This document shows positions 24,117 to 32,767 of a DNA stretch of 32,767 bases, in pieces; the stretch's first letter is position 1; the number at the start of each line of letters is the position of its first letter. Both the position numbers and the translations under genes were made by a program. Source of the DNA: a virus; IMG/VR virus record IMGVR_UViG_3300029999_000001, positions 67,557-100,323 of that record; one strand, written 5' to 3'. The notes beneath the pieces were generated by a model that did not search any database, was not told the origin of the DNA, and saw only the letters and a program-made list of their open reading frames with translations.

Positions 24117-24953
24117 ATGAGCCATCCGCCAACCCCATCCCAGCAGCGCATCGCCGCCATCCTCCGCGGCCTGCGGGACGGGGCCGGAATGACCACGTAC
24201 CAGCTCGCCGAGGTGCTCGGCTGGAGCCAGTCGAAGGTCACTCGGCTTGAGAATGGCCGCACTCAGGCGACTGCGGAAGATGCTGAGGCGTGGGCCCGGG
24301 CGGTCGGTGCTCCCGAAGCCGTCCGGGACGAACTGTCGAACCTCACCTATGCGGCGTTCACGGAAGCCAGGTCGTGGCGTTCGTCCCATCGCGGCGGCCT
24401 CGCTGCGCGCCAGCGCGAGATGGGCGAGATGGACCGCTCGGCGACGGAGATCCTGCATTTCCAGCCGTCCGCCATTCCCGGCTTGCTGCAGACTGAGAAC
24501 TATGCCCGGCGCCTGCTGACGATGGGCGACGTGTCCAGCCGGGGCGGCATCGACGCAGCCGTGACCGCGCGCATGAGCCGTCAGGCCATCCTCCGCGAGT
24601 CCGGCCGCCGGTTCGACTACGTACTCACCGAGGGCGCGCTGCGCTGGCGGCCCGGCCCGAAGGCGCTGATGGAGGAACAGCTTGGCCGGCTACTGGCTGC
24701 GGCCTCCCTGCCCACTGTCTCGCTCGGGATTATCCCGTTTGACCGGGAGGCGCGAGTCGTCTACCTCCATGGCTTCGCGATCTTCCGTACCCCCGATGCC
24801 CCGGTCGTGCTTACCGAGGGCTATACCAAAGAGGACTTCCTCGCCGACCCGCGCGACATCGAGGTCTACGAGGGCATCTTTGCCCTGCTTCGTGAGTCAG
24901 TGCTCATCGGGGACGCCGCAGCCGAGTTTGCGCGTTCCGTAATCCTCGGCTAA
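24117..24953 (+). CDS. XRE HTH + DUF5753 transcriptional regulator
   Basis: LRGLRDGAGMT..QLA..LGWSQSKV.RLENG; IPGLLQTE.YAR; R..RQ.IL; EGALR. Confidence 0.92.
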   Translation: MSHPPTPSQQRIAAILRGLRDGAGMTTYQLAEVLGWSQSKVTRLENGRTQATAEDAEAWARAVGAPEAVRDELSNLTYAAFTEARSWRSSHRGGLAARQREMGEMDRSATEILHFQPSAIPGLLQTENYARRLLTMGDVSSRGGIDAAVTARMSRQAILRESGRRFDYVLTEGALRWRPGPKALMEEQLGRLLAAASLPTVSLGIIPFDREARVVYLHGFAIFRTPDAPVVLTEGYTKEDFLADPRDIEVYEGIFALLRESVLIGDAAAEFARSVILG

Positions 24954-24959
24954 GTCACC

Positions 24960-24988
24960 TTGACTCGGTTCTTAAGTTGACTTAACTT
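24960..24988 (+). promoter_or_regulatory. promoter TTGACT-N17-TAACTT of the right operon, overlapped by operator CTTAAGTTGACTTAA (24971-24985)
   Basis: Near-consensus -35/-10 with 17-bp spacer. Confidence 0.7.
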
Positions 24989-25034
24989 GGCTCTAGATGG
25001 GCATCCTGCCCGCCGGAGATCATCTGGAGCCGCC

Positions 25035-25334
25035 ATGACGACCGGGCATCGCCCAGCCGCTGACAGCGCACCTAGCCGCGAGCGGGACAAGCGCCTGCTG
25101 CTGCCCGTGCGCGAGGTCGCCGAGATGTTCGACGTCTCCCGGTCCACGATCGTCCGCGCCTACGAGGCGCGCGAATTTCCAGTCGTGAAATTTCGGGGCA
25201 CTTACCGCGTCCCCCGCAAGTTCGTGGAAGACCTGCTCGCCGCCGCCGTCCCCGGCCGGCTTGTGGTCGTGGAGGAGTACGCGGCCGAGTGGGCTGCCCG
25301 CAACGCTGCCCTGCTCGCCGCGGCGGTCGTGTGA
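25035..25334 (+). CDS. excisionase-like HTH_17/MerR-type DNA-binding protein
   Basis: LL.V.EVA.MFDVSRSTI.R......FP..K....YRVPR..VEDLL. Confidence 0.8.
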   Translation: MTTGHRPAADSAPSRERDKRLLLPVREVAEMFDVSRSTIVRAYEAREFPVVKFRGTYRVPRKFVEDLLAAAVPGRLVVVEEYAAEWAARNAALLAAAVV

Positions 25335-25424
25335 TGACTTGCCCCGAGAACGTAAAAGACGGCCCCGTGCGCTGGAACGCCGGGACCGCCGAAAGTCCTG
25401 CCCATCCCCGAGGAAGGCTGAACG

Positions 25425-25673
25425 ATGAACACGCTAGCACGCGAGCGGGCCCGGGCCCGTCACATGACCTCCCAGCCCACCTACGACTACGCCCGGGACC
25501 TCGGCCGGAAGGCCGCCGCTATGTTCCCCCCTGGCACGGAGATCACCACGGATCACGAGGCCCTCGTCATCGCCCTGGACGCTGGCATTCCCCCGGAGCA
25601 GATCGCGGCCGACGCGCCGTCGGTTCCTTCGCTGGCCCCGCTCGCCGCCGTGATGGAACGGCTCGTGCGGTGA
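25425..25673 (+). CDS. hypothetical protein
   Basis: RBS GAGGAAGG; coupled. Confidence 0.55.
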   Translation: MNTLARERARARHMTSQPTYDYARDLGRKAAAMFPPGTEITTDHEALVIALDAGIPPEQIAADAPSVPSLAPLAAVMERLVR

Positions 25674-25927
25674 GCGCCATCCACGACTTCCGGCCCGGCG
25701 ACATCGTTGAGGTCCGCCGCTACCTCCAGGTCGGCTTGGGCCACGACCATGACGGCCAGGTCCCCGAGCATGAGCACAAGGGGACCATTACCGCCGCCGG
25801 TGACTTCGGTATCCGTCTGGATTCCCACCCGGATTACATCTGCGTGGACCCCCAGTTCGCCGATGGCGGCGACGGGCACGGTGATGGCTCCTGGTGGCTT
25901 GTCACCGAAGTGGAGCGGGTGTCATGA
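25670..25927 (+). CDS. small SH3/KOW-like beta protein (FRPGDIVEV)
   Basis: GTGA and ATGA coupling. Confidence 0.55.
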   Translation: MSAIHDFRPGDIVEVRRYLQVGLGHDHDGQVPEHEHKGTITAAGDFGIRLDSHPDYICVDPQFADGGDGHGDGSWWLVTEVERVS

Positions 25928-26160
25928 CCCCCAATCCGGTGAGCACCCGGCTCCCTGCCCTCCACGACACCCTCAACTGCGCCACGACCGCTGTCCTCGC
26001 CGCCATGTGCGGGGAACCGGGATCCGCCCGGGCGAACCTGCTGGAAGCCGGTATCGCCGCTAGTGAGACGTTCCCGGCCGGGAGCCCGGAAGCCGCCGCG
26101 CTGAACATGATCCTCGGGACGGTGCAGGACGCGGTGGCAGCGAGCGAGGTGGCCCAGTGA
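25924..26160 (+). CDS. small helical protein, paralog A
   Basis: Coupled; similar to the next ORF. Confidence 0.6.
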   Translation: MTPNPVSTRLPALHDTLNCATTAVLAAMCGEPGSARANLLEAGIAASETFPAGSPEAAALNMILGTVQDAVAASEVAQ

Positions 26161-26441
26161 ACGGCGCGACCATGGCCATGCCGGCGGTCACCCTGCCGAG
26201 CGGCATGATGATGCTGTCCATCACCGGTGACGACGCCCGTGATCTTGCCCTGGTCTGTTCCCGGCGCGCGACGGTGGCGATCAGCGAAGGTGACCAGGCG
26301 GCGGCCGAGGCGTTCCTTTTCGACGCTTACGCGCTCGCGGCGGACGCCTACCCGGATGGGACAAGCGCCGCGCTGGCGCTGGCGTTCACGCTCGGGCAGG
26401 TAACGCAGGCGTTCAACGCCTGCTGGCCGGTGACGCCCTGA
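26157..26441 (+). CDS. small helical protein, paralog B
   Basis: Coupled; similar to the previous ORF. Confidence 0.6.
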   Translation: MNGATMAMPAVTLPSGMMMLSITGDDARDLALVCSRRATVAISEGDQAAAEAFLFDAYALAADAYPDGTSAALALAFTLGQVTQAFNACWPVTP

Positions 26442-26692
26442 TGCGCCGCGTCGCGCTGATCTTCAGCGGATTCGGGCTGGTCTACCTGTGGGTCACCTCA
26501 CCCCAGGTCCGGGCGTATGTCCCGTCCTGGATCAGATGGCAGCTGGGGCTGACCGTCAACGAGGTTGCGGTGATCAGCCACAACCCGCTGAAGCTCGCAC
26601 TGTGGATAGGACTCTCAATCCCGGTACTCAGGCTGGCATGGATGTTCCGGGACAAGCCGGCCAGTCGCAGAAGAGGGAGGAAGCAAGCATGA
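26441..26692 (+). CDS. small membrane protein (2 TM)
   Basis: Hydrophobic segments, basic tail. Confidence 0.6.
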   Translation: MRRVALIFSGFGLVYLWVTSPQVRAYVPSWIRWQLGLTVNEVAVISHNPLKLALWIGLSIPVLRLAWMFRDKPASRRRGRKQA

Positions 26693-26883
26693 GCACCGCG
26701 ACCATGGCCGACCTCGGTGACGGTGTTCGCATCCGTCACCTCGCGTGGGACCTGACCGGAACCATCCGGATCGTCGGCCCCGTGTCTGAGATCCGCTGGG
26801 ACGACACGTTCGGCGACATGGAGATCAGCGACGAGGGCGTCGTGTTCCCGGAGGATGTCGAGATCATCGGGGAGGCGCCGTGA
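26689..26883 (+). CDS. small beta-rich protein
   Basis: RBS GGGAGG; coupled. Confidence 0.6.
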   Translation: MSTATMADLGDGVRIRHLAWDLTGTIRIVGPVSEIRWDDTFGDMEISDEGVVFPEDVEIIGEAP

Positions 26884-27071
26884 GCAGCTTTTCGGCTGAG
26901 CTCATCACGATCGCCCAGCGACTGTTCGCCCAGCTCAAGATCACAGCGTTGAACGTCGGCGACATTGCCGTCGCCCTTGGTCACATTCACCTGCCGTGGC
27001 TGATCCGTCCCTTCGTGGTCATCGTCGTGCTCTGGGTCATCTTCAAGATCGTCAAGAAGGTGAAGAAGTGA
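26880..27071 (+). CDS. small membrane protein
   Basis: TM FVVIVVLWVIF followed by KIVKKVKK. Confidence 0.6.
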   Translation: MSSFSAELITIAQRLFAQLKITALNVGDIAVALGHIHLPWLIRPFVVIVVLWVIFKIVKKVKK

Positions 27072-27133
27072 CAGGCGCCACCATCTACGTCGCCCTGGCC
27101 ATCTTAATGATCGCGTTCTGCTCGAAGAACTAA
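27068..27133 (+). CDS. 21-aa hydrophobic peptide VTGATIYVALAILMIAFCSKN
   Basis: GTGA coupling; single TM; contains a TTA codon. Confidence 0.35.
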   Translation: MTGATIYVALAILMIAFCSKN

Positions 27134-27189
27134 CCCCTAGACCCCCGGGACCGGCCGGTTCCGGGTTCATCACCGAAGGAGAAATTCCC

Positions 27190-27402
27190 GTGCAACTCGC
27201 AAGCCCCGCCGCGTGCACCACTGGGGACTGGCTGCAGAAGTTCAACTGTGCCCGTCACCAGCCGGTCAGCCCGGCCATCACGCACGCCGGCTACACCACC
27301 GGCCACGACTTCATGCCTGCGCTCATCGTGGGAGTGATCATCGGGCTCATCATTCTGGCCATCCGAAGCGCCCGCTCTCAGGGCACCCCAGCTACCAAGT
27401 GA
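27190..27402 (+). CDS. small membrane protein
   Basis: RBS AAGGAG; TM near C-terminus. Confidence 0.65.
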   Translation: MQLASPAACTTGDWLQKFNCARHQPVSPAITHAGYTTGHDFMPALIVGVIIGLIILAIRSARSQGTPATK

Positions 27403-27477
27403 CGCGAGAGCCCGGCAAGGCGCCGAAACCATCGCCGGGCCCCCGCAAGATCCACACCCTGAAGGAGAGGAGCGACC

Positions 27478-27702
27478 GTGTCCGACTTTAAGCCCGGCGA
27501 CCGGGCTCACGTGATCTCCGCATGGTTCGTTACCGTCCCGGCTGATCTGTCCGGCGCGCTGATCTCCCACGGAGGCGAGCCGTGCGAGTACGAGGTGATC
27601 ACCACGTCCGGCGACAGGGCCCTAGTCGACTGCCTCACGATCCCCAGCGAGGGCGTCTTCGAGGTTGAGACTTCCCACCTCATCCCAGCTACCACCGAGT
27701 AG
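27478..27702 (+). CDS. small SH3/KOW-like protein (FKPGDRAHV)
   Basis: RBS GAGGAG. Confidence 0.6.
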   Translation: MSDFKPGDRAHVISAWFVTVPADLSGALISHGGEPCEYEVITTSGDRALVDCLTIPSEGVFEVETSHLIPATTE

Positions 27703-27711
27703 GAGCAGATC

Positions 27712-27999
27712 GTGCCTGAATCCAACCACGGGCCGCGCGCCGCCGTGAAAGCGGTCGTGGCCGTCGTGGCCGTGCTCTTCACCGTGTCCGCCATCGCCGA
27801 TGGGATCAGCGCACTGGCGGGCCCCGGGGCGGGTGTCGCGTTCGTCCTGGCCGTGCCGGTGGCCTGCTGGTGGATCTTCGGTGTGCGCGCGGCTAGGCAT
27901 CCCGCACCGGCCCGGCGCGTAGCCCCCGGCCGTGACCCCCAGGCGACCGCCCCGCTCACCCTCACCGAGAGCAGCGAGCCGGCACAACTCGCTGCATAG
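27712..27999 (+). CDS. small membrane protein (2 TM)
   Basis: RBS AGGAG; two hydrophobic helices. Confidence 0.65.
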   Translation: MPESNHGPRAAVKAVVAVVAVLFTVSAIADGISALAGPGAGVAFVLAVPVACWWIFGVRAARHPAPARRVAPGRDPQATAPLTLTESSEPAQLAA

Positions 28000-28063
28000 G
28001 CAACAACCCGGCGGGTCTCCCCGCGCAACGCCAATGCCGCGACACGCTCAGGAGAAAAGGAAC

Positions 28064-28879
28064 ATGAAGGCTAACCTCCCAACCCGGCTAGCTAAAACAT
28101 GGCGCCGGAACGTCACTGCTGTCCGCGAGAACGTCCCGGTGATGGTCCTGATCGGTATTGCGTTCGGCGGGTCTTACGGGCACATCGTCAAATTGGCCGG
28201 GGAGCATGGGCCGCACGGCTGGGTGCAATACGCCACCGCAGGCGTTGTCGATTTGCTGTTCGCCATCGGCGCGGAAGAACGACAGAGGGACAGGCGCATT
28301 GGCCGCCAGCGGGCCGGTAAATGGGTTTCCTTGCCGACGGTAGTCATGATCATCGGAATCGCGCTGACATTGACCGCTAACCTCGCGACCGCGCAAAGGA
28401 CCCTGTGGGGTTATTTCGTCGCCGCGCTTGCTGCGGGGGCGCTCCTGCTGGCGCTGTCGATCCTTGAGCGCCGAGCCTCGTTCCCGGCGGCGACCGGTAA
28501 CAAGGCGACGGTGCGGCACAGCACCACGCCCAGGCCGGCGGTAACACCCGGGCCTGTGGAGCCGGTAACACCCTCGGTAACAGTCCCGGCCGTCAAGCAG
28601 GCCGTTCCGGTAACAGCCGCTCGTGTTACGCCCGAACCGGCGACAGAAACGGGGGAGGGGCCGCGCGAGCGCACCGAAGAAGAGTGGCTCAAGGAAGTCC
28701 GCAAGCTGTACGCCGGGCAGGGTGACGCGCTCGTCGTCCGCAAGCTCATGCCGCAACTGAAACTGATCGGCGGTGGCCGGGGGATCGCGATCGGCAAGGC
28801 GACGGAGATGCTGCGCACGGTCAAGGCCGACGCGAGGGTGGCGGTAGGGGCCGATGACGATGCCGAGGCGGTGGGCTGA
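28064..28879 (+). CDS. DUF2637/Spd-like plasmid spreading membrane protein with C-terminal HTH-like domain
   Basis: AF..SY.HI..LA..HG..GW......VD; TLTANLA; 4 TM; Pro/Thr linker; helical C-terminus. Confidence 0.78.
   Translation: MKANLPTRLAKTWRRNVTAVRENVPVMVLIGIAFGGSYGHIVKLAGEHGPHGWVQYATAGVVDLLFAIGAEERQRDRRIGRQRAGKWVSLPTVVMIIGIALTLTANLATAQRTLWGYFVAALAAGALLLALSILERRASFPAATGNKATVRHSTTPRPAVTPGPVEPVTPSVTVPAVKQAVPVTAARVTPEPATETGEGPRERTEEEWLKEVRKLYAGQGDALVVRKLMPQLKLIGGGRGIAIGKATEMLRTVKADARVAVGADDDAEAVG
28495..28629 (+). repeat. five exact CGGTAACA 8-mers plus one inverted TGTTAC
   Basis: Copies at 28495, 28539, 28563, 28575 and 28608; inverted copy at 28624. Confidence 0.85.
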
Positions 28880-28880
28880 G

Positions 28881-29141
28881 ATGACCTTCCCGCAGCAGCG
28901 GCCGGGCGGCGGTCCAGTGGGCCGCCCGGCCGGCATCCACACGGCCCCCCGTATGGCCCCGCCCGGGGCTGAAATTCCCTCAGATTCTTCCCGCCCCCGC
29001 ATGATGGCCCCCGGAACAGCCCCTCCCCCGGAAGGGGTGACCCCTCTCGGAGGAGGGGTGCGGCCTCGCCCGACGGGCGCGGACCCGACGGGCGCGCGTG
29101 ATTTTACCCCTCCCGGGAGGCGATCCGGCTATGCACGTTGA
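28881..29141 (+). CDS. Pro/Gly-rich hypothetical protein
   Basis: Fills the operon gap; low complexity. Confidence 0.35.
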   Translation: MTFPQQRPGGGPVGRPAGIHTAPRMAPPGAEIPSDSSRPRMMAPGTAPPPEGVTPLGGGVRPRPTGADPTGARDFTPPGRRSGYAR

Positions 29142-29439
29142 CCTCATCCCGGTCTCGAACGGCCGCAAGTGGCACATCGATCACATCAACAAGGCCCCGA
29201 CTTCGGAGGTCGCACTGCAGCGGACCTTCGAGTGGATCAGGGCCGAACTGCGGGACTGCCAGGTCCGTCGGCCGCAGGACGCTGAGGGGTTCCGGTGGCG
29301 GATCATCCACGAACTCGCCGCCGAGTACGGCCACAAGATCCACGGCAATCACCCGGATGACAAGTTCCGGTACGACCCGCCGAGACTGCCCGGCGGCGGG
29401 TGGGTCCGGAAGCCTGGCGCGAACGCGCGAGAGCCCTGA
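29131..29439 (+). CDS. hypothetical protein
   Basis: GGGAGG upstream; high GC3. Confidence 0.6.
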   Translation: MHVDLIPVSNGRKWHIDHINKAPTSEVALQRTFEWIRAELRDCQVRRPQDAEGFRWRIIHELAAEYGHKIHGNHPDDKFRYDPPRLPGGGWVRKPGANAREP

Positions 29440-29451
29440 GAGGAGACGGTA

Positions 29452-30027
29452 ATGGCCCAGGGCAACGGCACCCCGGCGGCGCGACGCCCCCTGTTCGCGC
29501 TGCCCGCTGTTACGGAGCCCGTTCCCGGTAACGCTGGCCAGCACCGCGTTACGGAGCCAGTAACAGGCTCCGTAACGCTCCCGCTGACCCCGCTCACCGT
29601 CACGGGTAACGCCGGGGAGCCTGTTACGGAGACGCCGGCGGGTAACACCGCGGTCGTGCCGCTGACCCCTGTCGAGCACGGTCGCCTCGCTGTCGCCCAC
29701 TGGGCCAGTACCGCCGCGAACGGTGCCGGGCAACTGTGGCTGAACCCCGGCCGTCTCGGTCACGCGCTCTATCACGGGAGGCCCGGATCGATAGCCGGGA
29801 AGCGTGCCTACGTCAAATCCCATGAGTGGGTGCCGCCGGAACTGGACGGTAAAGCCGCGAAAGTTATTGGCGGCGTGGGGGTCATCTTTCATATGGTCGC
29901 CGGGCTTCTCCAAATCCCGCTCCTCATCCTCTATGTGGCCCTGGACAGGCCGCTCCGCAGCGCGGGCCTCGTTGCATTCCTGATTGTCTTCATCGTTTTC
30001 GTCCTGCCGCATATTCCGCTGATCTGA
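29452..30027 (+). CDS. membrane protein (2 C-terminal TM), transfer-region type
   Basis: RBS GAGGAG; ..DRP.R..G...F pattern. Confidence 0.7.
   Translation: MAQGNGTPAARRPLFALPAVTEPVPGNAGQHRVTEPVTGSVTLPLTPLTVTGNAGEPVTETPAGNTAVVPLTPVEHGRLAVAHWASTAANGAGQLWLNPGRLGHALYHGRPGSIAGKRAYVKSHEWVPPELDGKAAKVIGGVGVIFHMVAGLLQIPLLILYVALDRPLRSAGLVAFLIVFIVFVLPHIPLI
29508..29647. repeat. cluster of eight GTAAC/GTTAC sites including a 13-bp inverted repeat
   Basis: GCGTTACGGAGCC-AGTAACA-GGCTCCGTAACGC at 29546-29578; further copies at 29508, 29526, 29604, 29622 and 29641. Confidence 0.85.
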
Positions 30028-30039
30028 AAGAAGCCTGTC

Positions 30040-30174
30040 GTGATACTGGTCGAACTTCTCCCGTCGCTGGTCTTCTTCGGATGGGGCGTCGCCACCTTGA
30101 CAGTTTTCCGGCCAAGATGGTTCGGCCTCTTCATCATCGCACTCGGTTTCATCCTGCTAGCCGCTCACATCTGA
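30040..30174 (+). CDS. 44-aa two-TM peptide (VILVELLPSLVFFGWGVATL...)
   Basis: Manually translated; fills the gap between coupled genes. Confidence 0.5.
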   Translation: MILVELLPSLVFFGWGVATLTVFRPRWFGLFIIALGFILLAAHI

Positions 30175-30185
30175 AAGGAAATCCA

Positions 30186-30665
30186 GTGAACTGGGCTCCG
30201 CTCATTCTCGCTGTCGTGTTCGCCACGCCGGCGGTTGTCATGCTGCTGCACCGGAAGGCACCGCGTCTGGTCGCGATCCTCGGTGCTCTCGCCGCGCTGT
30301 GCCTTCTCGCGGGGGTGCCGTCGTTCCTGGCCGTGATCGGGCATCCGCTCAGCCCCGGCCCGATCCTGCTCGGCATCGTCGTCGCCGCGCTCGCCTCGGC
30401 GACGTTCTTCTACTTCGACGTGATCCGTGGCCACCACACGGACACGCTGAGGGTGGGCCGGAAGGCCATCGGGAGTGGCCCGGGTGGCCCGGGCGGCGGG
30501 GGCGGCGGCGGCGGTAAGAGCAGCGGCCACGGCCGCGCCCTGGTTGCGAGCGTCGGCCTGGCCGTGTTCGGGCTGATGATCGTCATGAACTGGAGCGCGG
30601 TCGCGGCGGGTGTAGGTGGCGGGTTCACGCAGACGGTCACGACGATCAGCCACGCGAAGGGCTGA
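30186..30665 (+). CDS. 4-TM membrane protein with poly-Gly loop
   Basis: RBS GAAAGGA before GTG 30186. Confidence 0.7.
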   Translation: MNWAPLILAVVFATPAVVMLLHRKAPRLVAILGALAALCLLAGVPSFLAVIGHPLSPGPILLGIVVAALASATFFYFDVIRGHHTDTLRVGRKAIGSGPGGPGGGGGGGGKSSGHGRALVASVGLAVFGLMIVMNWSAVAAGVGGGFTQTVTTISHAKG

Positions 30666-30668
30666 CCG

Positions 30669-31049
30669 ATGTCAACCGACATGCTGGTGATCGTCTGCGA
30701 TCCGGTAAACCCTCACGACCTGTTCGCTGCGGCGGCAAAGGCCCTGGGTGACCCGCGCTGGCACGAGCTGAACTTCGGCGGCGGCCGGATGATCCAGGCC
30801 CTCGAACAGCCGAAATCGGTGCGGGTGACGGTTCACTGCCCGTCCAACGGCGGCCCATGGCATGGCTGCAAGGGGGAGAGCGACCCCGATGGCTACGCCA
30901 CGGTCTCGTTCAGCACCGCGGCGGATGGTGACCGCATTGCACTTCTTGATTTTGCCGCCGCCGCGTTGGGCATCTGGCTCCGCCAGCGGCACGTTGGCTG
31001 GCTGTGGATGAGCCCGCAAGATTCCGGCTCGTGGGAGACGGGAGCCTGA
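30669..31049 (+). CDS. hypothetical protein
   Basis: Closely spaced ORF in the operon. Confidence 0.6.
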   Translation: MSTDMLVIVCDPVNPHDLFAAAAKALGDPRWHELNFGGGRMIQALEQPKSVRVTVHCPSNGGPWHGCKGESDPDGYATVSFSTAADGDRIALLDFAAAALGIWLRQRHVGWLWMSPQDSGSWETGA

Positions 31050-31052
31050 TCC

Positions 31053-32767
<1,715 letters not shown>

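Noticed and set aside
29020-29120. CCCCTC/GAGGGG inverted motifs as a regulatory array
   Set aside because: Imperfect, G/C-run based and explicable by Pro/Gly codons; insufficient support.

Overview
High-GC actinobacterial mobile element (probably Streptosporangiales/Streptomycetales-like host, judged from the FtsK, DUF397 and XRE-DUF5753 genes). No rRNA, tRNA or CRISPR, and no capsid, tail, integrase or att site is visible in the window. Left arm (1-19323, minus strand): a tightly coupled, phage-like early/replication operon. It encodes a Cro-like HTH, ERF recombinase, two DEDD exonucleases, HNH, an RNAP alpha-CTD-like protein, VRR-NUC, a C5 MTase, an HTH initiator with internal iterons, a helicase loader, DnaB, an N6/N4 MTase, DUF6745 with 33 x 12-bp repeats plus its partner, and DUF3987. 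Centre (19324-25000): two regulatory switches (paralogous divergent HTH repressors; DUF397/DUF6879 versus XRE-DUF5753 with matching operators) and accessory genes. Right arm (25035-end, plus strand): an AICE/Streptomyces-plasmid-like transfer operon with an excisionase-like HTH, many small membrane proteins, a DUF2637/Spd-like protein and an FtsK/SpoIIIE translocase that runs off the end. Most notable: (i) an antisense LAGLIDADG homing endonuclease has invaded motif X of the C5 MTase and supplies a recoded replacement C-terminus on its own opposite strand, stranding the original one; (ii) the same MTase gene appears dual-coding, with an EcoHK31I-beta-like protein in the +1 frame; (iii) clustered GTAAC/GTTAC sites lie inside transfer genes; (iv) the DUF6745 cassette is flanked by 16-bp direct repeats; (v) phage-type replication is joined to FtsK-type conjugation. 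Family assignments come from motif recognition only; no database searches were run.
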